A stretch of 64,000 bases of DNA from Albugo candida (Eukaryota). The translations under genes were made by a program, and so were the position numbers. The notes under the pieces are model-generated. The model did not search any database and was not told the origin of the DNA. It saw nothing but the letters and a program-made list of their open reading frames with translations. This document shows positions 40,889 through 51,500 of this stretch, one piece after another (the first letter of the stretch is position 1; each line of letters opens with the position of its first letter). Location of the stretch: NCBI GenBank assembly GCA_040437565.1, contig JBDOQK010000023.1:310001-374000 (forward strand), in the 5' to 3' direction.

Positions 40889-43218
40889 ATGAAAATGCCC
40901 ATCGCTCTCTCAGCTGTCGTGAGTCTTAACCAGGGACTCCATATTGACGCGTACAAAATCCACACACCAGTAGGACATAATTACCGACAGCTTTCTCGCT
41001 CTCACAAATGTCTCCAACGTTTTGCCCTGTACGCCAACCTTACGTATGTTTTGACGGAGCCCAATGCGAGAGGAAGAAAGACGCATGATGATAGGCTAAA
41101 GATGGTTGCAGAAATCGATAATCATATTCCGTTTTGGAGCGTCCAGGATAGCTGCTTAAGCACAATTTGCGCTACTCACACAATTATTCTCAAAGATGAA
41201 AGAAAACGATTTCACAAAACTAATCCCTCATCGAGTTTGGATCTCCATTCTGGCGCTCATTTGGTCGTGGATGAAGAGAAACGCAACGATAAAGTTAACG
41301 ACGAATCAAACGAGGTATCTATTTCTGGGACTGATCTGATTGGAAGAGGCAGCAATGATAGAAGGGATAGTGTCACGGAAGAATTTCGATCTCCTGATAA
41401 TTGGAGGAAAAAAAGAAATGATAATGAATGGAAGGTTGCTCACAAGAAATTCCGACTATTTGGTGCTACCTTTGATGTAATGAGTTACGATGCGTCGAAT
41501 ATAGCAAAGAATATGAGCGCTAATCCGGATGGAAAAAATAGCTTTCATCAAGGCTACGATTCATTAAAGCAGGCTTCAACTGCTAAAAATGTTCTGGTCA
41601 GTACTAATAACCGAAACGATGCTCTTAAAACACTCCAAATCATTGGGGCTACTGTACATAAACAGAACGACATTCCCACATTCACGTCATATTGTTTGCT
41701 ACTGCAAAAAATTTGCCCGAATTATTCATTCAAGCTTGCCTTCGATGTTTGGATTTTAGTGACATTGATGTGAGATACTCGATCACAGTATCAACTCCAA
41801 AAATTTTCCAATTGGCGCTGCAGTACGCTACAGATAAAATTCCTTCTATGATCATGCTAAAATGCGGCAACACGTGTGGTTCGATCAAATGGGGATCCCA
41901 GAATGATTGTTTGCTAATATCTTTGCATCAGGAAATAAAAGATAGCTCCTCCGTAGACTTGCAGCTGTGGACCGGGTACCCCTACCAGCGAAATATTGTT
42001 ATTTCCGAGGTGCAGGCAAATGAATGGACGGGGTTTCACTATTCAAACATGTCAGTCAAACACCTAAAAGTGAATGCGCAAAATTGTCGAACATGTATCC
42101 AGCACACTGTTGAACCGCTGATAGGGTGCATAGACGCAAATGAAGAGATCTTTTCATGCATGACCAAACAACACACACATGCCAATAAAATTGACTTCAG
42201 AAATAAGTGTTCGTCAACCGAGGGTCCGTGCGAAAAAATTACGTCCGAAAGACAAGTAAGCGAAAGATTGTTTACCGTTCCCTTGGTCTCGTTGCCTTCA
42301 AGTGGCCAGCCCGAAGGAGATATTACAGAAAACACATGGACAACCCGATATCAGTGCATGTATTTCATGCCAATCATCAGAAAGAAGCCTGAACGCGATG
42401 ATTACTCAACCGGCAAATCAAAGATACGCTCGGCATGCTTGTCTTGTCTGTTAGGAATCCTTGGGGGGTCTGTGAAGGTTGATGAAGCTCTGATGAAGAT
42501 AGTAAAAAAGGTTCAGCCAACTTCATACAAGAGTAATCTCATCTTTTTCAATACGCATGTAGATGTGCAAGAATCCGCAATCAAATGTTGGGATTTTTGT
42601 ACGTGGGTGTCAGGTCTCTCCGATCCTATGTGTAATTTTTTGGAATCTATGATTGCGAAAGAAAGAACGCCAGTGAGAGAGGTCCAAGAAATCCGGTCGG
42701 AAAGATCGGAGAATGCGAACGAAAGGACGCGTATGCCTGGATCAAGTCATGGGCTTACAGCAGAAATCCCGGTAGGACATTTCTCCACATCAAGCCATTT
42801 CTTTGCACATCCTGGAGTGGAACCAGATAGAATAAAAGGTTCTTTGCAAAACGCCGTCGATGATCTCAGTGCTAGGTCATCAAATGACTTGATCTGGTTT
42901 TTGCAGTTCGAAACGAGAGCTGCTGATAAAGAAGCATTCAGGAACTCGGCATTTTGCATCGCAGCAGTCAGCAATTCCTACGTTGTGTCATCAGTATCAT
43001 TGTACATTCTGACGACTCCTTTCAAGTTGACACATGTACTGAACTTGTGTAATTTACATACTCATTTCGGGATCGTTCATTACGAAGCTATAGAAATAGG
43101 CTTGCTTCCACAGCCTTTGAATTTTCTAAGCGCATTGCAATCTATTGGGATTAGTGAGTATAATCCTCCACCTAGATCTCTACTAGAGAAGCGAAGTAAT
43201 AAAATGGACCTTTTTTGA
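40889..43218 (+). CDS. CHxC/CCG-type Albugo secreted effector-like gene, broken by one frameshift (~776 aa if repaired)
   Basis: Signal-like N-terminus, then (S)HKCL, CLRCL, CRTCI and CLSCLLGILG (CxxC-x5-G). The two ORFs join by adding one A in the A-run at 41706-41711; the paralog is in frame at that point. Confidence 0.72.
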
Positions 43219-44682
43219 AGTAGGAAGTGCTTTAATAATGTAAAAGTGCATTATTATACCTGTTGAAGGTGTCTATACTACTAGAAATTAACTAACTGAC
43301 TTCTCTAGTCGCCTAGGTTATCTTAAAAACATACATACATATGAAAAATACGTTTCGTGAATATATAGATGAGACATGATAATATGTCTGCTCGTTGATA
43401 GTCCTGTAGTGCATAGCCTCAATCACCACGATACGAGATATGTCCAGCATGTAAATGATAGAAAGCTGTGAATATTGTCCAAAAGTACAAAGTTTTGCAA
43501 AGGGGTGTGCGCCACAATACGCTGAACGTAGCCATCCAACTAAGACTAGGATACGAGTTGCACTTGCATGGTGACTTGTCTATTTCGTACCCGCAGCAAC
43601 GATTTTCGACCCCTGAAAAAACTGCCGAATGATCCTTACATTGCGAGTTGATCTAGTGCCTTGAGAAGCCGAATGCGTTCGTCTTGATCGTAATTACCGA
43701 ACGTGCGCACCAACCGTGGTCTTGATCACGGAAAGCGGTGAAATTGTCGGAGTTGCTGACCGCTGACCGCTGACCGCTGAACGAACAAAACGACGATTCC
43801 GATCTGTCCAGACGAAGTGCAGCGTCACCGCTTGCAATGCAAGCCATAAATCTGATATAATATGCTGATATTCTTTCCATGCCGGCCGTATTGCTGGCAC
43901 AATTGCACATACATTATGCGTCCAACGTGGTCGAGAGGAGAGAAATTGATCCCATCTAGGGAGTAACTCCCTCCATAACTGTGCCGTGTGATCGCATTCT
44001 AGAAAGAGATGTTGATAGGATTCCATTGCCCCACACGAAGGCTGCTTGCACAATATAATGTCGGGCTGAATATCCTATAAGAACCAGAAACAAGATCGAA
44101 CTGGCAGTATGCAGAAAGCCAGACGAAACTGCAAATCTTCGAAAATTGGCAATACACGTTTTTGAAATGCCGTGATGTAGCCATGAACGTGAGAACTCGT
44201 TAGGAATCCAGTGCATCCGATCTCTCCCGTGATGACCAATGTGTTGACATCGGATGACTCTGGACTGGTTCGGGAGGTTTCCAGACGATTCGTGAGAGTT
44301 GTGAGCGTGAAATAGATGGAAAATAATGTTTCCTTTCCTTGCTTTTTACTCCCACATAAAATGATCTGCCACTTGTGGTTGGTNNNNNNNNNNNNNNNNN
44401 NNNNNNNNNNNNNNNNNNNNNNNNNNNNNNNNNNNNNNNNNNNNNNNNNNNNNNNNNNNNNNNNNNNNNNNNNNNNNNNNNNNGCGGTAATGGTCCTGTA
44501 AATACTTTTTCAGTCGGATGTTGAATTCGCCAAGCGTCTACCACACCCAACTGTGAAAGCCATTCCAAACACGCTAATCGACTTGGTTCGTGTCGAATTG
44601 TTCCACTCGAAGCATCGATAGCTGGATCGCCTGTGGTTATGCCCTCCGCTACCTGCTTCAACGTCTACCCAGCTGCCCGCTT

Positions 44683-44866
44683 TTCGCTGCTTGACAGCTG
44701 TACTTGCCGTCGCACCCACCGTAGCATTCGACCAGACGTCCGCATGAACCTCGCTACGACGTACCCCGCCTACCTGCAAGACGCGAGGCACCTGCCGAGC
44801 CCGCACTTCGTTCACCCCGCCTGCCTCTACCCGCTCACTGCAACCCGCGAGGCGCAGGCCGAGCTC
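44683..44866. repeat. 184-bp GC-rich repeat, copy 1
   Basis: Identical to 47208-47391 but with a different upstream flank. Confidence 0.8.
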
Positions 44867-44966
44867 NNNNNNNNNNNNNNNNNNNNNNNNNNNNNNNNNN
44901 NNNNNNNNNNNNNNNNNNNNNNNNNNNNNNNNNNNNNNNNNNNNNNNNNNNNNNNNNNNNNNNNNN

Positions 44967-45188
44967 GTCAACGTCGGTGGCATACACCTGCGCGTCCATG
45001 ACAAGGAAGGGAACCGTGCCACTGCGACGTTTGGTGGGAAGGCATCCTTCACGGAGCCAGCTGTTACGAGGGAATCCTTCTGCGATGGGACGGTTACATC
45101 CGCTCTCTCGCTAGCAGGTCTCCAGGGAGATGCAGACCCGAGAATGGCCAGCGTGGTGCAGCACATCGTGGTGGCGACGAGTTTTTAA
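44967..45188 (+). CDS. 3' part of an ORF resembling the RNAP beta'/RPB1 C-terminal region H
   Basis: Own translation ..KEGNRATATFGGKASFTEPAVTRESFCDGTVTSALSLAGLQGDADPRMASVVQHIVVATSF*, compared with RPB1-type GGLTSVTRHG..GALMRCSFEETVEILFEAG..DD..GVSENVILG. Confidence 0.55.
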   Translation, partial: VNVGGIHLRVHDKEGNRATATFGGKASFTEPAVTRESFCDGTVTSALSLAGLQGDADPRMASVVQHIVVATSF

Positions 45189-45388
45189 AACATGCTAGCG
45201 GCGCTTAGGTAGCGCGATGACGTAGGAACGCTTGCCTGAGGGTGGGTTAGCTGGCCCTGCTGGTTGAGGCTCTGAGGTCTCGACGCTTTGCAGGGAAGTC
45301 TTAGCCGAGAACTCGGAGGGAGCGACGTCCTCGGGGTCCTGGTCTGGCTCCTAGTGTTCGACCGACTCCTTCTCCTCGACGTTGACGT

Positions 45389-45848
45389 ATGCAGGCGACC
45401 TCGATCACAGCGAGACGCCTGCATACGTATGAGCTGAGTGAAGTCGACAAGCTGACTCTGCAACTGGCGAGGAGCAACACGTCGATGTCTCAGTATGCGG
45501 TGAGTCTGCGCAACTGCATTTCGGGGAAGCGTGGGTGGCTCAAGTACGGCTGCATGGGATTTACATCGCTGGGCACCGCGAGAGGTGTCGCTACGTGCGT
45601 CTGGACCGATCCCTACTTCGAGGTCTGGCTACCTTCTCGCTGGGCGGAGAGGATGATGGTGCCCATGCGCTTGGAGGAAGGCGAGTACACGTCTCCATAC
45701 TACAGCTGGCGGAAGGTAAGGGAGGGAGACTACGCAATCTTGTCGCGGTGCCCTGTCCTCTCGCATGAGTCTGTCAGATGTGTACGTCTACGGTTCTGGA
45801 ACGAACCAGCGATTGGAGTGCATCCGGAGTACTGTGCACCGCTGAACC
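45389..45848 (+). CDS. Divergent RNA polymerase beta'/RPB1-like subunit (regions B-D), cut by a gap at the catalytic motif
   Basis: SLRNCISGKRGWLKYGCMG..TARGV (cf. [22 protein letters not shown]), REGDYAILSRCPVLSHES (cf. D.VLFNRQPSLH..S) and AIGVHPEYCAPLN (cf. the segment just before NADFDGD). Confidence 0.85.
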
Positions 45849-46109
45849 NNNNNNNNNNNNNNNNNNNNNNNNNNNNNNNNNNNNNNNNNNNNNNNNNNNN
45901 NNNNNNNNNNNNNNNNNNNNNNNNNNNNNNNNNNNNNNNNNNNNNNNNTAATCCTTGCCGACTCCACGCCGATGTTGCGACGATACTCCACGATGCCCCC
46001 GTTCAGGCAAACCAAGCTAGTCATCTACCCGGTGTCCCACGCTACGCCCACTTGCAGCATGTACGTCGGCTTCGTCACCCCCTGCAACCGATCTGCGATG
46101 TCCTTCTCG

Positions 46110-47204
46110 TCAGCCGCAACCATGTACGGCACTCCACGTTCCTCGAGATAGCCTTTTCGATACCCTCTCTCGCAATACGGTGGCGTCACAGTGTGGGCGG
46201 AACCAGGTGTCCGACGCCGTAATCTTCGAGCCTGGTCGCATCGTCGCTGTCCCCTCCGACACAGGGTGGTAGACGATCGATCGAGTCGGGAACAAGCCGT
46301 CCACGTTGACCCGCTCGCTGACGACTATGCCATCCTCGTAGTTGTGACGCATGTTCGCGAAGACGACGAGAAGGGGAATGCCTGGGACGGAGAGCGGTCT
46401 GTCGGTTGGAAGTTGCTCGATGACTTGCTGCATGAAGGGTGTTCGAACGACGGGAAGGTAGGTCGCAGTCGAGGCAATCGTCGACGTCAACTCGACACGT
46501 GGTTTGCAGATCGCTTGCGTGCATATGGACGATGCGAGGCCTGGTCTCGGTGGCTCATCGTCGGCGAAGAAGGGGAAGAGGTGGAAGAGCGTACGGCTGT
46601 TGTCGCGGATGTCTGCGCGAGAGGCTCTCGGGACGCCAGTGAGCAAGAGCAGCATCGCAGGTGTGTTGTAGCAGAGCGAGTCGACCCATGCGAACTCGCT
46701 GGGTGACAGGCAGGGCACACGCTTCAGCAAGCAGCCGGACATAGCGTGAAGCAGGACAACCTTTGCGGGCTCGAAGACGTCTAAGCTGGGAGCGTTACGC
46801 GAGTCAAACGTTCGCCAGGTGGACAGCAGAGACGTTACGCAAGCATCCGAGATTCGAACAGACTTCGACGAGAAGCAGAAAAGCCAGGTCTTCTGTTCCG
46901 CCACACGAGCGTCTTTGTGCACCTCGCCGAGTAGCTGCCGTGTCTGCTCACACGTCTCAGCGGTGAAGCATCTGTACATGCAGCCGTGCACGACGGAGCG
47001 AATGCGTCCCGCTTCCAGTCAGTCGCGGGAGGAAGCAGTGCAGAGGGAGGGCGAGTAGCTGCAGGCCCAGCTGTGAGAGTCGACGCAGGCAGTGCTAGGC
47101 CTTGAACTACTCAGCAAGAATAACCGTTGGGGCGTGTGTGATGCATAGCGCTTCGCACTTAATTTTTTTCAGCGACCAACGTCTCTCAGCCAGTACGTCT
47201 CGTG
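46110..47204 (-). pseudogene. Divergent RNA polymerase beta/RPB2-like subunit fragment
   Basis: FPFFADDEPPRPGLASSICTQAI (cf. IPFPDHNQSPR..QSAM.KQAM), LPVVRT, and PGIPLLVVFANMRHNYEDGIVVS..DGLF (cf. G.N..VA...GYNQEDS...RGLF). In frame upstream is ETYWLRDVGR*KKLS (cf. ETPEG..CGLVKNLS), with two stops. Confidence 0.85.
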
Positions 47205-47207
47205 TGC

Positions 47208-47830
47208 TTCGCTGCTTGACAGCTGTACTTGCCGTCGCACCCACCGTAGCATTCGACCAGACGTCCGCATGAACCTCGCTACGACGTACCCCGCCTACCT
47301 GCAAGACGCGAGGCACCTGCCGAGCCCGCACTTCGTTCACCCCGCCTGCCTCTACCCGCTCACTGCAACCCGCGAGGCGCAGGCCGAGCTCNNNNNNNNN
47401 NNNNNNNNNNNNNNNNNNNNNNNNNNNNNNNNNNNNNNNNNNNNNNNNNNNNNNNNNNNNNNNNNNNNNNNNNNNNNNNNNNNNNNNNNNNCATTCGACC
47501 AGACGTCCGCATGAACCTCGCTACGACGTACCCCGCCTACCTGCAAGACGCGAGGCACCTGCCGAGCCCGCACTTCGTTCACCCCGCCTGCCTCTACCCG
47601 CTCACTGCAACCCGCGAGGCGCAGGCCGAGCTCCCGAGTTTTTGAACACGCATGTCTCTGCCTGCTCACTGCAACCCGCGAGGCGCAGGCCGAGCTCCCC
47701 TCTTCTTCACCCTCGACCCTTGCTTCACCGAAACCGCGAGGCGGCAGCCGAGCTCACCCCGACTTCACCCACGACCCTCGCTCACGCCTCACCACTTGCT
47801 CTCGAACCCAGCTAACCCGCCTAACCCCCT
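47208..47830. repeat. 184-bp repeat copy 2 plus iterated CGCGAGGC-N4-5-GCCGAGC motifs
   Basis: Motif copies at ~47549, 47613, 47676 and 47735 in a C-rich tract. Confidence 0.75.
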
Positions 47831-48554
47831 TCTCGCCTGGAAGATGTCAGACCTGGCCCGGTAGTCGCGCACAGTCTTCAACGTCTGACCATCAATCAGA
47901 GGCACCGATGACTTGCTTGTACGCTGAAACGCCTCCATCAGGTACGCGTCTTGCAGCACCTTCGGGATGGGGATTGGCGGCTTCGAATTCGCAGCGAGGA
48001 TAGAGAGAACCCTCGTAAGTGCGTTGAATCGATCAGACAAGCCNNNNNNNNNNNNNNNNNNNNNNNNNNNNNNNNNNNNNNNNNNNNNNNNNNNNNNNNN
48101 NNNNNNNNNNNNNNNNNNNNNNNNNNNNNNNNNNNNNNNNNNNCAGCACCTTCGGGATGGGGATTGGCGGCTTCGAATTCGCAGCGAGGATAGAGAGAAC
48201 CCTCGTAAGTGCGTTGAATCGATCAGACAAGCCCGACTGGTAGCTCCGGCACTCCCTGCTTTCGACTGCATCCCTTACGCAGGTGACCAGTCCGATGATC
48301 ATCGCGGAGAAGAGTTGCATGTTCTGCGTGTACCTGAGTCCCCGCGTTGGGCCGTCCCCGCACACAGATGTCTCTGACCCCGCTGTTGAGACGAAGTCTG
48401 GTGCACACCTCCCAGGCGACACATCCACCAGCGCGTACTGGATGTCTCTCGTCCTCGTCTCCAGATCCGCTAGCCTGTCCATGATGCGCTCCTGTGTCAA
48501 CGAGATCTTGCTCACCAGCGTCGATATCTTGCGAATCTCGTTCCTCGCCGACAT
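47789..48554 (-). CDS. Orphan ORF of the foreign insertion (~190 aa after collapsing the gap overlap), N-terminal coiled-coil-like segment
   Basis: MSARNEIRKISTLVSKISLTQERIMDRLADLETRTRDIQ...; the gap flanks 47955-48043 and 48144-48232 are duplicates, so the frame is continuous. Confidence 0.55.
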
Positions 48555-51500
48555 GTGAGCAGATCGTCCCACACACATGCTGCAGGAGTGGTGTGTGAAA
48601 TCACCAAATACAATATGTGTTGCGGTCGATTTAAAAGTGTTGGAAAGCAATAACTCATAAAAACCCACTCGTTCCTCGGCCGTGACCGGTGCATATACAT
48701 TGTGAATATACACCGGTGCATCGTGAATGAGAAGACGCAAAACCAAATAACGATTTCGAATGCTTCGTTCGGTAAGTTCTTCAGCTGTTGAGTAACCGGG
48801 AAANNNNNNNNNNNNNNNNNNNNNNNNNNNNNNNNNNNNNNNNNNNNNNNNNNNNNNNNNNNNNNNNNNNNNNNNNNNNNNNNNNNNNNNNNNNNNNNNN
48901 NNNTTGAAAAAAGTTGTTTTTTCGAGTTGTTTTTACTAAATTGGCGGGTTATTTAGTAGCCGGCAAATTAAGAAGTGCCAATCACAGCTCAAAAAATTAT
49001 ATTGTTGCTAAATCGCCAGAACTGGCGAAGCAGCAAATAAAAATTATACCTTTCGCGCAGCCGACCCCACGTGGTGACATTTTTCAGCGTATCAACTGGA
49101 AGATCTCATATTACACCCTTCGGAGAGTATTTGAACAGGTTAGTTTATAATATTCCTTTGTTTTTTCCAATCACTACAGTTTCACAATGACAGCTAGAAA
49201 AAGCTCGATGTCCAATGGCAACCGGCGCGAACCCATGCTCCTCTACTTTTATTACTAGATATATCAACAAATAATAAATAATTCTATAAAAAACGATTTT
49301 TATAGAATTATCAGTCACCTTTCCAACATCCTAATCTCTAGAGTGTCTACTATTAACCTACCATATACAGATATCAGAAAAAAAACGTACCTACGCTAGA
49401 GCAATACAACAAAAACAGCGGAAGAAACAGAATGAGCTCGTGTACAAAAGTAGACAGGTGAGCTGATTGGCTAGCGTACTTAGCAATAATTGAGCTGCGA
49501 TTGGTTAGATCAATTGTCTGTGGCCGTAGTATTAATGTCTGTGGCCATAGCGGCTCCCTAATGCAAATGAAGGTATTGCAATAATTAATAAAATCAATGC
49601 TGGAATACTAGTCCAAATACCGGGACACATCAAATTGCGGATCTTAATACACAATCCTTTACGTCTAATGAAAATAAAGACACCATGTACACTGGCATCA
49701 AGATATTGCGAGTTCAGCGGATGCTGAGAAGTAGCCACGTCTCCCAGCTACGAACGGAAATGTATAAGTCCTGAAGAATCCGGTATGAGCTTGCGTGCTA
49801 TTAGACACTTTTCTAAGGTAGTGTTGACCGTATTCGTCATTCAAATCACTCTCACGACCAAACCGACATATGTCGTCAAAAAGCGTGAGAAGCGCCACAT
49901 TGACAGGCCCAGTAAATTCGCGGGCTATTCAGCACAAGAACAGCGACGATTGTTTCCGCATGTTATCGCAATCTGGATCTTGGCTTTACATCCTTACTCA
50001 GGAAATCATTCAAACAGTACAGGACACCATGATGATATAATTCGAACGGTTCTAGCTGATTCTTCCGGCGCCTAGATTGAGGTCTGGATCAATCTACCCG
50101 TATTCGATAACAAATTACAGCTCAAGAAGTCTCCTGCTAATTGAATTGGATACTCAAGATGATAACACGTCGCTATTAATGGTCACGGCATGGTGTCAGG
50201 CAAAAATTGAGCAAAGTCATCATAGTTATAGAAGAACTGAATCAGCTGGATCTCTATCGTGTTAGCCAACAACAAAACTTAAAAGTCTATGAATTCAGCT
50301 AGAAGTAGCACTACTTGTTTTCGGCCTTTCACAATCTTCCATGAATTAATCGACTGTAACCTGGTAGCAAGTAAATTATTGTCCGGACGATGTCAGTGAA
50401 TACAATGGAAGGACTAATCTCCATTTAAGTTGCTTCCAAAAGAAGATTAGAAGACGCACGTTTGCATTTGTCCTGAATGGTCTGCTGTCTGCGTATTTTA
50501 AATTGATTGAAAGCGCCAGACGAAAAGATATTGTCAAGTCGATAACGACTTGTGTCATAATAGTGAGTCTCCAGTAATTTATCTCCGTCATGAAAACCGA
50601 TCCCGATGCAGCTGTAAAGTTTACTTCCATTTCACAATCATAATCAAGTGGAATCATTCCAGTTTCTACTACCCTTATAGAAGTAAAGCATCATCGATCG
50701 TTGCTGCGAAATTGCGGTAAGCTCATCGAAACGTAATCGTAGCACTTCATATTGAACCCAACTACATAGTTCATCTTCATTTTTACCCTTGATGTTGGTC
50801 TGCTCAAGGTACGTATTTTCTGTGTCACGGTGCCAAAAAAAGTTCTATGTGAGACCCCAAAGTATGTATTTTGTAGAATTTTCGCTCTATAAAATAAATG
50901 ATGTTCAAATTGATGGTGACACAAAGGAGCTTAGTAGAGAAATATGGGTGCTTCAAAATACTTGGCGTAGATTGTATCTTCCTCAGAACAAAGCTAGGAT
51001 TTGCAGATTTGTGTCAAGAGCCTACTTCTACATTACAATGGAATTTCATCTTATGCTTTGATCTACCTTGAGTGCTAAGGAGAATCGGCTTTATAACTCA
51101 TCATTCTCAGTTTATTATTTTAAGATCTTTCTGATAGTCGACGTGACTATTTTAATGGAGAGCGAATAGAATGAGCTGGATCTTTGTCAAGAGCTTCCCC
51201 TCCCAATCCTTGACGATTTCCAACTGCTGGTATACCGGGTTAGTCAATCTCAAGTGCCTATGTATGCCAGGTTTTATCGAAATTAATTTCCGAGGCGTGC
51301 TAATTGCACCACCCATGATATTCAGCTATACAGCAATTGATCACCCGGAAAATTGAATCAACGTCGTCTCTACAAATGTTGTAGTCATCTTTTATTTAGT
51401 TAAGTAAAAATCCAATCGTCGCAAAGATCATTGAATATGACACTAGAAGCTTCATCGGCTGAGAGGATAAGGCAAGCGACTAAGAAAGCGGATCAAGAAC

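Larger units (their letters stand above)
44630..48595. mobile_element. GC-rich endogenous virus-like or plasmid-like insertion encoding divergent RNA polymerase remnants
   Basis: Abrupt composition change, intronless ORFs with RPB1/RPB2 motifs, internal repeats, and both edges at the same point of the LINE APE domain. Confidence 0.8.
43261..49100 (-). mobile_element. Degenerate LINE interrupted by a GC-rich foreign insertion
   Basis: 3' end at 43261. C-terminal CKQPSCGAMESYQHLFLEC. APE halves VYIHNVYAP..HIVFGDF (48597-48746) and DPAIDASSG..VVDAWRIQHP (44484-44628). 5' region at 48904-49100. Confidence 0.88.

Noticed and set aside
45389-46222. 277-aa ORF read through the gap
   Set aside because: The gap length is arbitrary, and the sequence after it looks coding on the minus strand.
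45389-47204. Host Pol I/II/III or bacterial rpoB/rpoC genes
   Set aside because: Core motifs are too altered and compressed for a cellular polymerase, and the block is nested in a host LINE.
47492-47633. Third copy of the 184-bp repeat
   Set aside because: Probably just overlaps copy 2 across the gap.
47492-47760. CRISPR-like array
   Set aside because: Eukaryotic context, degenerate repeats, related spacers and no cas genes.
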